DNA from: Gemmatimonadaceae bacterium
GTDB lineage: Bacteria > Gemmatimonadota > Gemmatimonadetes > Gemmatimonadales > Gemmatimonadaceae
Assembly: GCA_039924785.1 (NCBI GenBank)
Contig: JBDTAE010000164.1
Span: forward strand, 4,101-68,100
Direction of reading: 5' to 3'
DNA: 64,000 bases
Shown one piece after another: positions 18,876 to 28,642 of the stretch (position 1 is its first letter; each line of letters begins with the position of its first letter). The notes below the pieces were generated by a model. The model was given only the letters and a program-made list of their open reading frames with translations. It did not search any database and was not told the DNA's origin. The translations under genes were made by a program, and so were the position numbers.

Positions 18876-20213
18876 CTACGCGTACTTTATCCACTTCATG
18901 ATCTCCGCCAGACCCGGCTTCTTGCCGTACATGAGCATTCCCACACGATAGATCCGCGCCGACAGCCACATCGCCCCAACCGATCCGAGAATCGCGACGA
19001 GAATGGATCCGATCACCGACAATGGCGCCACCGACGTCAGCCCCATTCGCATCGGCATGATGATTGGCGATGACCACGGCAGCCACGACAGCACCACCGC
19101 AAGCTTGCTGTTCGGCGCAAGCAACACCGGATTCACCAGCAGCCACGCGCTCATGATGAGCATCATCACCGGCACCGCCGCCTGCTGTGCCTCCTGCTCG
19201 CTGTTCACCATCGATCCCGCCGCCGCGTATAGCGTGGCGTAGAAGACAAATCCGACGATGAAGTAGATGAACGCAACAGCGATGACGATGATCGAGCCGC
19301 TGTTGAAGATGTTGCTGATGGGATTCGTGCTTACGCCAGCAGCCGCGGCACTCGACGCAACCGCCGAGCCTTTCAGTACGAGCGGCAACAGGAAGCTCGT
19401 CAGGTAGCCGCCGATCGCGAGCCATGCGACCTGCTGCGTCAGTCCCACCGCGCCGACGCCGAGCACTTTGCCGGCGAGTAGGGTCTCCGGTTTGACACTC
19501 GAGATAACGACTTCAGCGACGCGCGACGATTTCTCCTCGAGCACGCCTCGCAGAATGTTCTGGCCGTGGATGACGATGAGCATCATCAGCATGATGCCGA
19601 CGCCCAGTCCTGCGAAGAGGCCCGCCGTGCCCGATCCACCACGACCGCGTTCGTTCAATCGCTCGGAGTTGAGACGAAGCTTCGTGCGCGCCAGGGGTCC
19701 GACGATGTCTGCGCGAACCCCTTCGCGCTCGAGTCGCACGATCATCACTTCCTCGCGGAGCACGGACTGCAGCTTTTCCATGTCCGCGGGGCTCGACGCG
19801 TCGCGCCCCGCGTAATTTGCCGACTCGCCTGCGAGCGTACTGTCGGTAAGCACGAGATAGCCGCTCAAGTGCTGCGGCATCTGCACTTCCGCCGCGGCAG
19901 CCTTCACTTTCGCCGGGAGGTCCGCCGCCGACACGACCTCGACGCGAGGGGTCACGCTGTCTGGCGCGGAGGCCAAGCTCTTGTCGGCGATCAACGATTT
20001 CGCAACACGGTCGCCGAGTCCGGCGCCAGTTGCGTCGAGGATGGCGATGTGGCGAATGCTGCTCGACGCGCCACTGCGCATCGCCATATACGTCGGGATG
20101 AGAATCGCGCCCGCCATCAGCACGGGAACCGCGAGGGTCATGATCACGAACCAACGCGTGCGGACACGCTCGAGGTATTCCCGTTTTGCGACGATGAAGA
20201 TTTTCTTATCCAT
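18876..20213 (-). CDS. natB: ABC-2 type transporter permease (NatB-like)
   Basis: ATG at 20213 gives MDKKIFIVAKREYLERVRTRWF.... Large periplasmic loop followed by five or six TM segments. Overlaps the ATPase stop by 8 nt. Confidence 0.8.
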   Translation of the reverse strand: MDKKIFIVAKREYLERVRTRWFVIMTLAVPVLMAGAILIPTYMAMRSGASSSIRHIAILDATGAGLGDRVAKSLIADKSLASAPDSVTPRVEVVSAADLPAKVKAAAAEVQMPQHLSGYLVLTDSTLAGESANYAGRDASSPADMEKLQSVLREEVMIVRLEREGVRADIVGPLARTKLRLNSERLNERGRGGSGTAGLFAGLGVGIMLMMLIVIHGQNILRGVLEEKSSRVAEVVISSVKPETLLAGKVLGVGAVGLTQQVAWLAIGGYLTSFLLPLVLKGSAVASSAAAAGVSTNPISNIFNSGSIIVIAVAFIYFIVGFVFYATLYAAAGSMVNSEQEAQQAAVPVMMLIMSAWLLVNPVLLAPNSKLAVVLSWLPWSSPIIMPMRMGLTSVAPLSVIGSILVAILGSVGAMWLSARIYRVGMLMYGKKPGLAEIMKWIKYA

Positions 20214-21171
20214 GGCCGGACATCCCCCTCTCGATGCCGGTGGCACCGACGCGTTGGAGAAAGATTTGATGAAGTGACGGCTGCACGAGCTCGAAGCGCT
20301 GAATTTCCGCGCCGGCTTCGATCAGCCGGTGCAACAGCACCTGCGGGTTCGCGTCAGCGGCGAGCTCGATCTCGAAGAAGTTGTTGCTCTCGTCGAGTTT
20401 CGCGACGAGAGATCTATCATGCAGTACGGCGGTGACGCCGTTCTGCGCACCGCCGGCGAGGCCCAGCGCGACGTTGCGCGTGCCCGCGGCCGCCTTCACG
20501 TCCGCCAACGAACCGTCGAGCACCTTCGTGCCCTGCGCCACGATGCACACCGAATCGCACATCTTCTCGGCGTTGTCCATCACGTGCGTGCTGAAGATGA
20601 CCGTCTTGCCGCGCTGCTTGAGCTCGAGCACCGAATCCTTCAGTGCCTGCGCGTTGATCGGGTCGAGTCCACTGAACGGTTCGTCGAGAATGACGAGATC
20701 GGGATCGTGCAGCAGCGTCGCGATGAATTGGACCTTCTGCTGCATCCCGCGCGACAGCTCGTCAACTTTTGCCTCGCCCCAATCCTTGTCCGGGGTGCGC
20801 AGGCTGAGACGATCGAGCCAAATGTCGATGCGTCGCGACGCTTCGGACGCGCCGATTCCCTTCAACTCGGCGAGGAACAACAGCACGCGCCGAACCTGCA
20901 TCTTCTTGTAGAGTCCGCGTTCTTCCGGCAGATAGCCGACGCGGTCGAGCACGCCGATCGTCGTGTGCGGCTTTCCGAACAGCGAGATCGAGCCGGAATC
21001 GGGCGCGATGATATCGAGAATCATGCGGATGGTCGTCGTCTTGCCGGCGCCATTGGGGCCGAGCAAACCGTACACCGAGCCGCGCGGTACTTGGAGCGAC
21101 AAATCGCGAACGGCGACATGCTCCTCGTATCGCTTTACGACATTGCGAATGTCGATTGCAAGGTCAGACAT
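20206..21171 (-). CDS. natA: ABC transporter ATP-binding protein (NatA-like)
   Basis: ATG at 21171. Walker A GPNGAGKTT, signature LSRGMQQK, Walker B LVILDEP. Confidence 0.9.
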   Translation of the reverse strand: MSDLAIDIRNVVKRYEEHVAVRDLSLQVPRGSVYGLLGPNGAGKTTTIRMILDIIAPDSGSISLFGKPHTTIGVLDRVGYLPEERGLYKKMQVRRVLLFLAELKGIGASEASRRIDIWLDRLSLRTPDKDWGEAKVDELSRGMQQKVQFIATLLHDPDLVILDEPFSGLDPINAQALKDSVLELKQRGKTVIFSTHVMDNAEKMCDSVCIVAQGTKVLDGSLADVKAAAGTRNVALGLAGGAQNGVTAVLHDRSLVAKLDESNNFFEIELAADANPQVLLHRLIEAGAEIQRFELVQPSLHQIFLQRVGATGIERGMSGHG

Positions 21172-21312
21172 CGGAGCTGTGTTAGGAGAGGGGAAGGGAG
21201 AAAATACCAAGCCCAAAGTTGAGACACCTTGACCGCCGCGCAAGCGAACGGCCGGAGTCTTGGCTCCAAGAAGGAAAACGGCCCGCCGGAGGCGGAAGTT
21301 TCGAGCGGCAGA

Positions 21313-22290
21313 ATGGGGGCGGACATGGCGGCAGTCCTCGCGCCGCGCTTTCTTTTCCCCATGCTGCCGATTCTCGCCGACACACTGGTTCTCTTCATCG
21401 CCGCCAGCCTGACGAAGCCCATGCAGCCCCTCCTCGACGTCTTCTCGGCGCGAACCGGTGTCGTCGTCGAACGAGAAAGCGGCGCGTCGCTCGAGCATGT
21501 TCGCAAGATCACCGAGCTGCACCGCGTTCCCGACGTCCTGCTGCTCGCGGACGCTGATGTCTTTCCGAGATACCTCGTTCCAAAATACGTGTCATGGTAT
21601 GCGACCTTCGCCCGCAATCGGATGGTCATCGCGTACACCGCGCGATCGAGGCGCGCGAGCGAAATCAACGCGGCAAACTGGATCAGCATCCTGCAACAAA
21701 AGGACGTCGAGGTCGGTCGCACGGATCCGAATCTCGCGCCCGTCGGCTATCGCACGTTGCTCATGCTGCAACTCGCCGAACGGTTCTATGCGAAGCCGGG
21801 CTTGGCCGCGTCGCTTCTGAAGAACGCGCCCGATCGCAACATTCGTCCGAATGCCGCCGAGTTGGCCGCGCTGCTCGCGGCGGGCGAGCTGGATTACATC
21901 TATGACTATCAATCGGTGGCCGAATCGAACGGGTTCAAGTTCATCGCGCTGCCGCCGGCAATCGACCTCGGCGACCCAAAAAGCGGGAGGTCGTATGCGA
22001 CGGTCTCGACGCGCATTCACGGAAGCACGCGGGGAAGCGAGGAAACGATTCGAGGCCAGCCGATTCTGTACGGCTTGAGCGTGCCCACTGGCGCACCACA
22101 CCCCTCCGCCGCCAAGCAGTTTCTGTCGTACCTCCTGGAGCCAGCGACAATTACCGCGTTGCGCGCTGCCCACGTCGACATGCTCGATCGGCCGATTATT
22201 ACGGGAACCGGCGCGCCGTCGGAAATGCGTCGGCTGCCCGTTGGCGGAAAGGCACCGCGGCCACCGCGACAACGAGGATCGACCCATTAG
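21313..22290 (+). CDS. modA: Molybdate/tungstate ABC transporter substrate-binding protein (ModA/WtpA-like)
   Basis: LVLFIAASLTKPMQPL..., TDPNLAPVGYRT, DYIYDYQSVA blocks of oxyanion-binding periplasmic proteins. Alternative start at 21325. Confidence 0.75.
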   Translation: MGADMAAVLAPRFLFPMLPILADTLVLFIAASLTKPMQPLLDVFSARTGVVVERESGASLEHVRKITELHRVPDVLLLADADVFPRYLVPKYVSWYATFARNRMVIAYTARSRRASEINAANWISILQQKDVEVGRTDPNLAPVGYRTLLMLQLAERFYAKPGLAASLLKNAPDRNIRPNAAELAALLAAGELDYIYDYQSVAESNGFKFIALPPAIDLGDPKSGRSYATVSTRIHGSTRGSEETIRGQPILYGLSVPTGAPHPSAAKQFLSYLLEPATITALRAAHVDMLDRPIITGTGAPSEMRRLPVGGKAPRPPRQRGSTH

Positions 22291-22360
22291 CGTTCTAGAA
22301 CGAAGTAGCGGTGAGGTGAATCGTTCGCCCACCGTGGAATTGGGCGGCGCCCGGCGCGCG

Positions 22361-23131
22361 ATGCTGACCGTCGTCGTCGCGCTTGTGTCGTCGCTCTTTC
22401 TGCTCTTCATTCTCGCGCCGGTGGTTGGTCTGGTCGCATCGGGCGGCGGGCGAGGAATCGCGAGTCTCGGATCGGATAGCGAGCTTCGCTCCGCGCTTTT
22501 GCTGACCGCGACGACGGCGACAGTCGCGACGGTCCTCGGGATCCTCGGTGCGACACCGCTCGCGTACCTCATGGCCCGTCGCGCGTTTCCCGGCCGAGCC
22601 GTCGTTGCCGCCTTGATGGATCTTCCGTTGGTGATTCCACATCCCGTCGCAGGAATCGCACTCTTGCTTGTGCTCGGCCGCGGCAGCTCGCTTGGCGGGG
22701 CGCTCTATGCGGCGGGAATTCGGGTCGCGGGTTCGCCGGTCGGAATCATCGCGGCCATGCTATTCGTCTCGGCGCCTCTTTACCTGAGTGCGGCGCGCGA
22801 AACATTCGCTCGCGTCGATCCGAGATACGAGGCGGTTGCCCGGACGCTTGGCGACAATGCTTGGCGCGCATTCCGTAGAGTGACGCTGCCGTTATCGCTC
22901 CGCGGGTTGACCGCGGCAGCCGTCGTGATGTGGGCTCGAGCGGTAAGTGAGTTCGGGGCGATAGTGATTCTTACGTATAACCCGAAAGTCGCGAGCGTCC
23001 TGAGCTACGATCGCTTCACCAGTTACGGCTTGAGCGAGGCCCTCCCTGCGGCCGCCGTGCTCGTGGTGCTAGCTCTCATTCCGCTCGCCGCGCTTCGAGC
23101 GCTGCGAACCGGCGATGCACTCTCTCGCTGA
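22361..23131 (+). CDS. modB: Molybdate/tungstate ABC transporter permease
   Basis: ATG at 22361 (a GTG at 22316 is possible). Six TM segments and an EAA-like loop (ARTLGDNAWRAFRRVTLP). Confidence 0.8.
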   Translation: MLTVVVALVSSLFLLFILAPVVGLVASGGGRGIASLGSDSELRSALLLTATTATVATVLGILGATPLAYLMARRAFPGRAVVAALMDLPLVIPHPVAGIALLLVLGRGSSLGGALYAAGIRVAGSPVGIIAAMLFVSAPLYLSAARETFARVDPRYEAVARTLGDNAWRAFRRVTLPLSLRGLTAAAVVMWARAVSEFGAIVILTYNPKVASVLSYDRFTSYGLSEALPAAAVLVVLALIPLAALRALRTGDALSR

Positions 23132-23140
23132 TCGCCAGCC

Positions 23141-24283
23141 GTGATCTCCCTGCAAGGCGTGAGCGCGAAGGCTGGCGACTTTCGCCTCGTCGATATCACG
23201 ATCGACGTACCGCAAGGCGAATACGGCGTCGTGATTGGACCGGCCGGGTCTGGCAAGACCACGTTGCTCGAAACGATTGCCGGAGTGATTCGAACGACCG
23301 CCGGGCGAATCATCGTCGCGGGCGCTGACGTCACGGCGGCCGCGCCCGAGCATCGTCGCCTCGGCATCGTGTATCAGCACGCGTATCTGTTTCCGCATCT
23401 CACTGTGCGAGAGAATATCGAATACGGTGCGTCGACGGCCAAGTCTGCGGCGGACATCACCGCCCAATTCGAGCTCGGCCCACTGGCGAATCGCTCGATA
23501 CACTCGCTGAGCGGCGGCGAACGACAACTCGTCGCGATCGCCCGAGCGCTGGCTCGTCAGCCGGACGTTCTTCTGTTGGACGAACCGTTCAGCGCGCTCG
23601 ATCCGCGTACGCGCGACCGCGCGCGTCGAATGCTGCGGAGCATTCATAACCAGCGTCGATTCACCGTTCTTCAAGTCACGCACGACTTTGTGGAAGCAGG
23701 CACGCTTGGAAACGTCGCGATCGTGATGGACGCCGGGCGCGTGCTGCAGCAAGGAGATCCGTCCAACGTATTTACAAAACCTGCATCGGCGTATATCGCG
23801 GATTTTGTTGGCGCCGAGAATGTGTTCGCCGGTACGGTCCGCGCGAGCGCGAGCGAGCACGATACCACGGAACACGATATCGCCGAACACGACACCAGCG
23901 AACGCAACCCCAACGGACGCGACTCCACCGAACGCGCGGGCGGAGCTGACGGTCAGAATCGAGCCGCAGAATTTTCAACGGGCGCGTTGCGATTTTACGT
24001 AGTTGGTGAAGTCACCTTTGGCGCAGCACATGCCGTGATACGCGCGGAAGAAGTCGCCCTTTCCGCGACGCGGAGTACGCGGGCCGAATCGTCGGTGCAG
24101 AATCAGTTTGCCGGAAAAATCGTCGAGATCCTGAATTCTGGCCCGCTCGCGCGAGTGGCGGTGAACGCGAGCGGAACGATCATCGTCGCGATGGTTACCG
24201 CTCGCTCGGTGCGCGACTTGGAGCTGAGAGCCGGATCCGACGTCGTCGTCGGGTTCAAAGCCACCGCGGTTCACATTTGTTGA
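23141..24283 (+). CDS. modC: Molybdate/tungstate ABC transporter ATPase with C-terminal TOBE/Mop domain
   Basis: GTG start. Walker A GPAGSGKTT, LSGGERQ, LLLDEPF. TOBE-like C-terminus (NQFAGKIVEI...VVVGFKATAVHI). An unusual repeat linker is listed separately. Confidence 0.85.
   Translation: MISLQGVSAKAGDFRLVDITIDVPQGEYGVVIGPAGSGKTTLLETIAGVIRTTAGRIIVAGADVTAAAPEHRRLGIVYQHAYLFPHLTVRENIEYGASTAKSAADITAQFELGPLANRSIHSLSGGERQLVAIARALARQPDVLLLDEPFSALDPRTRDRARRMLRSIHNQRRFTVLQVTHDFVEAGTLGNVAIVMDAGRVLQQGDPSNVFTKPASAYIADFVGAENVFAGTVRASASEHDTTEHDIAEHDTSERNPNGRDSTERAGGADGQNRAAEFSTGALRFYVVGEVTFGAAHAVIRAEEVALSATRSTRAESSVQNQFAGKIVEILNSGPLARVAVNASGTIIVAMVTARSVRDLELRAGSDVVVGFKATAVHIC
23855..23944 (+). repeat. 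Degenerate in-frame 15-bp tandem repeat (about 6 units) inside the modC linker
   Basis: Units GAGCACGATACCACG / GAACACGATATCGCC / GAACACGACACCAGC / GAACGCAACCCCAAC / GGACGCGACTCCACC / GAACGCGCGGGCGGA encode EHDTT-EHDIA-EHDTS-ERNPN-GRDST-ERAGG. Confidence 0.8.
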
Positions 24284-24302
24284 ACGGGCGCACTGCGGAG
24301 CC

Positions 24303-24815
24303 TCATTTCTTCGTCGTGGCTGGCGGCGGCGCGTCGCAGTACGCAGTTCCGCTGCAGGTCGTTTGCACGAACGTTTCCGCGATGATGCGCCACGAACCAT
24401 CCGACTCACGCTTCCACTTGGCGAAATAGACGCCGCCAATTTTCGTCGTTCCGGCCGCGCCGCCCCATTGACCCGTCCACTGTCCGCTCTCCGCGGCCTG
24501 GCCCCAGCCCGCGTTCACGACGACTGACGACGGAGTTCGCACGTAGACGGCGTCGTTCCGAGCCGAAAAGATGTTCGCGACGTGCTGACGTTCCGCGTCG
24601 CGGCCCACGGTGCGCACGTTGCTCGACGAAACACCGACATAGTCGACCGACCAGATCGCGGCAGCCGCATCGGCATCGTGCGCGGCGATTGCCCGATTGG
24701 ATGCGGCGCGCGCCGCGCGGATGGCGGCTCGATCTGTCGGACGCGCCTGTCCGCTCAGAGGCAAACCCGCTATCAACAGGGCCGAAGCGCAAAGGAACCT
24801 GCGAAGCTTCGTCAT
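24303..24815 (-). CDS. SnoaL-like / DUF4440 (NTF2-fold) secreted protein
   Basis: Signal peptide MTKLRRFLCASALLIAGLPLSG. IRAARAASNRAIAAHDADAAAAIWSVDY... and ...YFAKWKRESDGSWRII match the DUF4440 pattern. Start could be 24821. Confidence 0.6.
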   Translation of the reverse strand: MTKLRRFLCASALLIAGLPLSGQARPTDRAAIRAARAASNRAIAAHDADAAAAIWSVDYVGVSSSNVRTVGRDAERQHVANIFSARNDAVYVRTPSSVVVNAGWGQAAESGQWTGQWGGAAGTTKIGGVYFAKWKRESDGSWRIIAETFVQTTCSGTAYCDAPPPATTKK

Positions 24816-24899
24816 TGGCATTGTTGCTGTCTCCAATAAAGTCCAAGGAACCCAAACTGCCGATCTTCACGGGCGCGTGCAACGGCGCTACGTTGGGCC

Positions 24900-26171
24900 A
24901 TGCCGAACTTCAGGTTGTCTTCCGCTGCCCTCGTCATCGTCGCCGCATCGCTTGGCGCGCAGGGCACGCCGCCGATCTCCAACGCCAAAGTCCGCGCCGC
25001 GCTGGACATGATCAAAGCCGATAACGCATGGACGCTTCAGCAGCAGGTCGAGCTGACTCGAATTCCAGCGCCGCCATTCAAGGAAACGGCGCGCGGTCTG
25101 GAGTACAAAAGGCGTCTCGAAGCGCTTGGTCTGCGCAACGTTCGAGTGGATTCGGTCGGGAACGTCATCGCCGAGCGGAAGGGAAGCGGAACTGGTCCGA
25201 CCGTCGTGATCGCCGGGCATCTCGATACGGTGTTTCCCGAAGGAACCGATGTCACCGTAAAGCATGACGGCGACAAATTGCGCGCACCCGGTATCGGCGA
25301 CGACGATCGTGGACTCGCCGTGGTGCTGGCGATCGCTCGGGCCTTCGAAAAGACGGGGCTTCGAACGAACGGCACGGTGTACTTCGTTGGCGACGTCGGC
25401 GAGGAAGGACCAGGGAACCTTCGCGGCATGCGTCAGCTGTTCAACAAGGAGCTCAAGGGCAAAGTCGACTATTTCATCTCGGTCGATGACGCCGGACTCG
25501 GCATCGCGAGCCGGGCCGTTGGCAGCTATCGATATAGAATCTCTTACAAAGGCCCTGGCGGGCACAGTTACGGCGCGTTCGGAATTCCCAATCCAATTCA
25601 CGCGCTGGGCCGCGCAATTTCGGGGATCTCCGACATTCAGGTTCCGACCATCCCGAAGACGACGTTCAATGTCGGCATCGTCGAAGGCGGAACGTCAGTC
25701 AACTCGATCTCCGCGACAGCAACGATGGAAGTCGACATGCGATCCGAAGACGCGGCGTCGCTCGCGGCCGTCGACGTAAAGGTGCAGCGCATCATCCGCG
25801 AGGCACTGACCGCCGAGAATGCGCGATGGACGAGCCCCGCGGCCGCGAAAGCGAAGCTGACGTTGACGGTCGACACAATGGGTATTCGCCCGACCGGCGC
25901 CCAATCCGACAACGCCCCGATCGTCCAAAGCGCACTGGCGTCGGCCAAGGCGCTGGGGTTCACGTCGTCGACGACTGCCTCCAGCACCGATGCCAATCTT
26001 CCGATCAGCCTCGGAATTCCCGCAATTCGAATTGGTGGCGGCGGCAACTCAGAGGGCGCTCACTCCCTTGGCGAGTCGTACTCCGATGGTCCAACCGGTT
26101 ACGTCGGCGTGCAGTGGGCCGCGCTGCTGGTTGCGATGCTCGCCGGCGTTCATGCGGGAGTGACGCCGTGA
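24900..26171 (+). CDS. M20-family metallopeptidase (peptidase T / deacylase-like), secreted
   Basis: 423 aa. Signal peptide, HLDTVF, GIGDDDRG, GEEGPGNLRG metal-ligand blocks. Confidence 0.85.
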   Translation: MPNFRLSSAALVIVAASLGAQGTPPISNAKVRAALDMIKADNAWTLQQQVELTRIPAPPFKETARGLEYKRRLEALGLRNVRVDSVGNVIAERKGSGTGPTVVIAGHLDTVFPEGTDVTVKHDGDKLRAPGIGDDDRGLAVVLAIARAFEKTGLRTNGTVYFVGDVGEEGPGNLRGMRQLFNKELKGKVDYFISVDDAGLGIASRAVGSYRYRISYKGPGGHSYGAFGIPNPIHALGRAISGISDIQVPTIPKTTFNVGIVEGGTSVNSISATATMEVDMRSEDAASLAAVDVKVQRIIREALTAENARWTSPAAAKAKLTLTVDTMGIRPTGAQSDNAPIVQSALASAKALGFTSSTTASSTDANLPISLGIPAIRIGGGGNSEGAHSLGESYSDGPTGYVGVQWAALLVAMLAGVHAGVTP

Positions 26172-26191
26172 GCGCGCCGTCGGCCGCTGTT

Positions 26192-27590
26192 ATGAAACGC
26201 TCATTGGCGTCGCTCGCCGTTCTCCTCGGCGCGGGGTTTCCGCGCGCGCGCAGCAGCAGTCGACCGAAACATTTCACCAGCTCGGCCACGCCATTCTCCG
26301 CGAACTGATCGAGACGAACACCACAGCGTCGAGCGGAAATACGTCGGTCGCAGCGGAGCAACTCGGCGAACGGTTCAAAGACGCCGGGTTTCCAGCCGCC
26401 GACATCCAAGTCATTGGGCCAACAACGAAGAATCGCAACATCGTCGTTCGCTATCGCGGTACCGGCAAAGCGAAGCCGATTCTTCTGCTCGCGCATCTCG
26501 ACGTCGTTGAGGCGAAGCGTGAGGACTGGACGTACGATCCGTTCAAACTGATGGAGAAGGACGGCTACTTTACGGGCGCGGTACGCAGGATGTCAAAGGC
26601 GCCGCGACGACGCTGATTACCACGCTGTTGCGTCTCAAGACCGAGGGCTGGGTTCCCGACCGCGACCTCATCCTCGCCCTGACGGCCGGCGAAGAAGGCG
26701 GAATGCCGTATGTCGGCGCCGAGTGGCTGGTCAAGAATAAGAGAAGTCTCATCGACGCCGAGTACGCGATCAACGTCGATGCCGGCGGTGGAGAGATCGA
26801 TCACGGCAAGCACACGTTGTTCGACGTGCAAGCCGCGGAAAAGGTCTATCACTCCGTGGCGCTCGTGGTGAAGAATTCAGGAGGACACAGTTCGCTGCCG
26901 CGGAAGGACAACGCGATCTACTCGCTCGCGGCGGCCCTCGACCGCATCGCGAAGTTCGAGTTTCCGGCAAAGCCAAACGACGTCGTGAAAGCGTACTTCG
27001 CGAAGGCGGCCGTAGCGGCGAGTCCGACCGTTGCGGCCGATATGCGCACCGTCGCAACGTCGTCGCTTTCCGCGAGCGCCGCTGCGATTGCCCGGCTGAG
27101 CGCCTCGCCGCTGTACAACGCCAACCTTCGCACGACGTGCGTCGCGACGCAACTCGAAGGCGGGCACGCACCGAACGCGCTTCCGCAAACAGCGCGAGCG
27201 GTCGTGAACTGTCGCATGTTGCCCGGCGAAGATCCCGCCGCCGTTGAGAAGACGCTTGTGCGAGTCATCAACGACACATCCGTTCACCTCTCGCCAATCG
27301 ACACCGCGATTCAAAGTCCGCCGTCGCCACTTCGTCCGGATCTGTTCACCGCAATCGGCGCGTCGGTGAAAGCCATCTTTGGTCCACTACCGATCGTGCC
27401 GACGATGGAAACGGGCGCGACCGACGGGCTCTACCTTCGCAACGCGGGAATTCCGGTGTACGGCTTGAGCGGCCTGTTCATCCCGATCGACGACAATCGA
27501 ATGCACGGAAAGGATGAGAGAATCATCGTCGTCGAATTCGACAAGGCACTCGACTTCACGTACGACCTCTTGAAGCGCATCACACGCTGA
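26192..27590 (+). pseudogene. M20-family carboxypeptidase paralog interrupted by two -1 frameshifts (or sequencing errors)
   Basis: Three consecutive frames carry one protein. Frame a: MKRSLASLAVLLGAG. Frame b: VSARAQQQSTETF...HLDVVEAKREDWTYDPFKLMEKDGYFTG. Frame c: (R)GTQDVKGAATTLITTLLRLKTEGW...GEEGG...GGHSS... to 27590. The shifts sit at the G4 run 26233-26236 and the G3 run 26574-26576; one extra G at each restores the frame. Confidence 0.8.
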
Positions 27591-27595
27591 GGCGA

Positions 27596-28159
27596 CTATC
27601 GATCGAGCACTCGATGGAAATAGTCGACGAGATCGATCACGAGCGGCTCGCTCGCGCCGTCCGGAAGCCATTCGATCTTCTCATCGCACAGTTCGATTCT
27701 TGATTCGCTCGGCGTCGACCGCTCGACGGTCCGAGCGTCGAGATCGACCACCCAATATTCCGGAACGCCTTCGTCGCGGAACACGTTGCGTTTTGCGACG
27801 CGATCTGCGCGCGCGGTGCTCGGCGAAAGAATCTCGACTGCGAGCACAAGCCCTTTCAACTTCTCGAAACGCTCCGGTCGTCGCCCGCCTGCCAGCGGCA
27901 AAACGAACATGTCGGGCTGAACGCCGCGACGAGGAGAGAACACGATATCGCCAGGCGCGATGAAGGCATGCCCGACGCGCTGCCGTTCCAGATATGACGC
28001 GATAAGCCGCGCGAGCTGAAACACTGCCTCCTGATGGCGAAGCGTCGGCGACGGGCTCACGAGCAACTCCCCGTCGATGACTTCGTACCGATTGCCGTCG
28101 TCCGGCAGCTCGTCGCGTTCAACGACAGTCCACCGCCGCTTGAGATCAGGCATGGCCAT
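27596..28159 (-). CDS. Uma2-family (DUF820) endonuclease-fold protein
   Basis: ATG at 28159. RYEVIDGELLVSPSPTLRHQ..., PDMFV, LAVEILSPST..., DR..K...Y...GVPEYWVVD conserved pattern. Confidence 0.8.
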   Translation of the reverse strand: MAMPDLKRRWTVVERDELPDDGNRYEVIDGELLVSPSPTLRHQEAVFQLARLIASYLERQRVGHAFIAPGDIVFSPRRGVQPDMFVLPLAGGRRPERFEKLKGLVLAVEILSPSTARADRVAKRNVFRDEGVPEYWVVDLDARTVERSTPSESRIELCDEKIEWLPDGASEPLVIDLVDYFHRVLDR

Positions 28160-28264
28160 ACGATACACCCTCGGCGGCGAGTGAGCAAGCGAACATGGCG
28201 GCAAGGTACGACTACCGTCGCGTCGACTCACCACCATTCCCCTGCGCCGCGTCTCAAACGAACG

Positions 28265-28308
28265 CAGAAAAAACCTCAGAGAAGCTCCGTTAGAACTCCG
28301 CCGAGGTT
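28265..28308 (-). terminator. Possible terminator of the suf-yciI operon
   Basis: On the minus strand, AACCTC...GAGGTT is followed by TTTTTCTG, about 30 nt after the yciI stop. The stem interior is imperfect. Confidence 0.4.
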
Positions 28309-28338
28309 CAGCGGCTGCGCTTGCCGTTGGCGACAAGA

Positions 28339-28641
28339 CTATTTCGGCAATGCTCTGTCGAGATCTTCCTTGCCCGTGTTCACGTTCCACGGAATGAGCT
28401 CGTACTGGGCGAGTCCGAACGTCACATACGGATCGCCATCGCGCACCCGATCGAGCGCGCCGATGACATCGTCGTCGGGTATGTTGAGCAACAAAATCCC
28501 GCCCGATCGCGGATCCATCGGCCCGGACGCGACGAGCGTTCCGTCCTCCTTCAAGTCGCGGAGGTATGCGCGATGCCGCTCGGTCACTGCGAGAACTTCG
28601 TCCAACGGACGGCGATACCGAATGATGGCGATGGCGTACAT
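28339..28641 (-). CDS. YciI-family protein
   Basis: 100 aa from the ATG at 28641, 1 nt after the sufS stop. MYAIAIIRYRRPLDEV...HRAYL...G.L..SGP...GG pattern of the YciI-like fold. Confidence 0.7.
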   Translation of the reverse strand: MYAIAIIRYRRPLDEVLAVTERHRAYLRDLKEDGTLVASGPMDPRSGGILLLNIPDDDVIGALDRVRDGDPYVTFGLAQYELIPWNVNTGKEDLDRALPK

Positions 28642-28642
28642 A

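Noticed and set aside
21172-21312. Possible Moco riboswitch upstream of the ModA-like gene
   Set aside because: The leader is GC-rich and can be drawn with several small hairpins (CGC-GCAA-GCG, GGAG-UCUUGG-CUCC, CCGCC...GGCGG). However, I could not match it to the conserved Moco-motif sequence blocks as I remember them, and it is shorter than typical examples. It is worth a cmsearch (Rfam MOCO_RNA_motif) but I cannot support it by eye.
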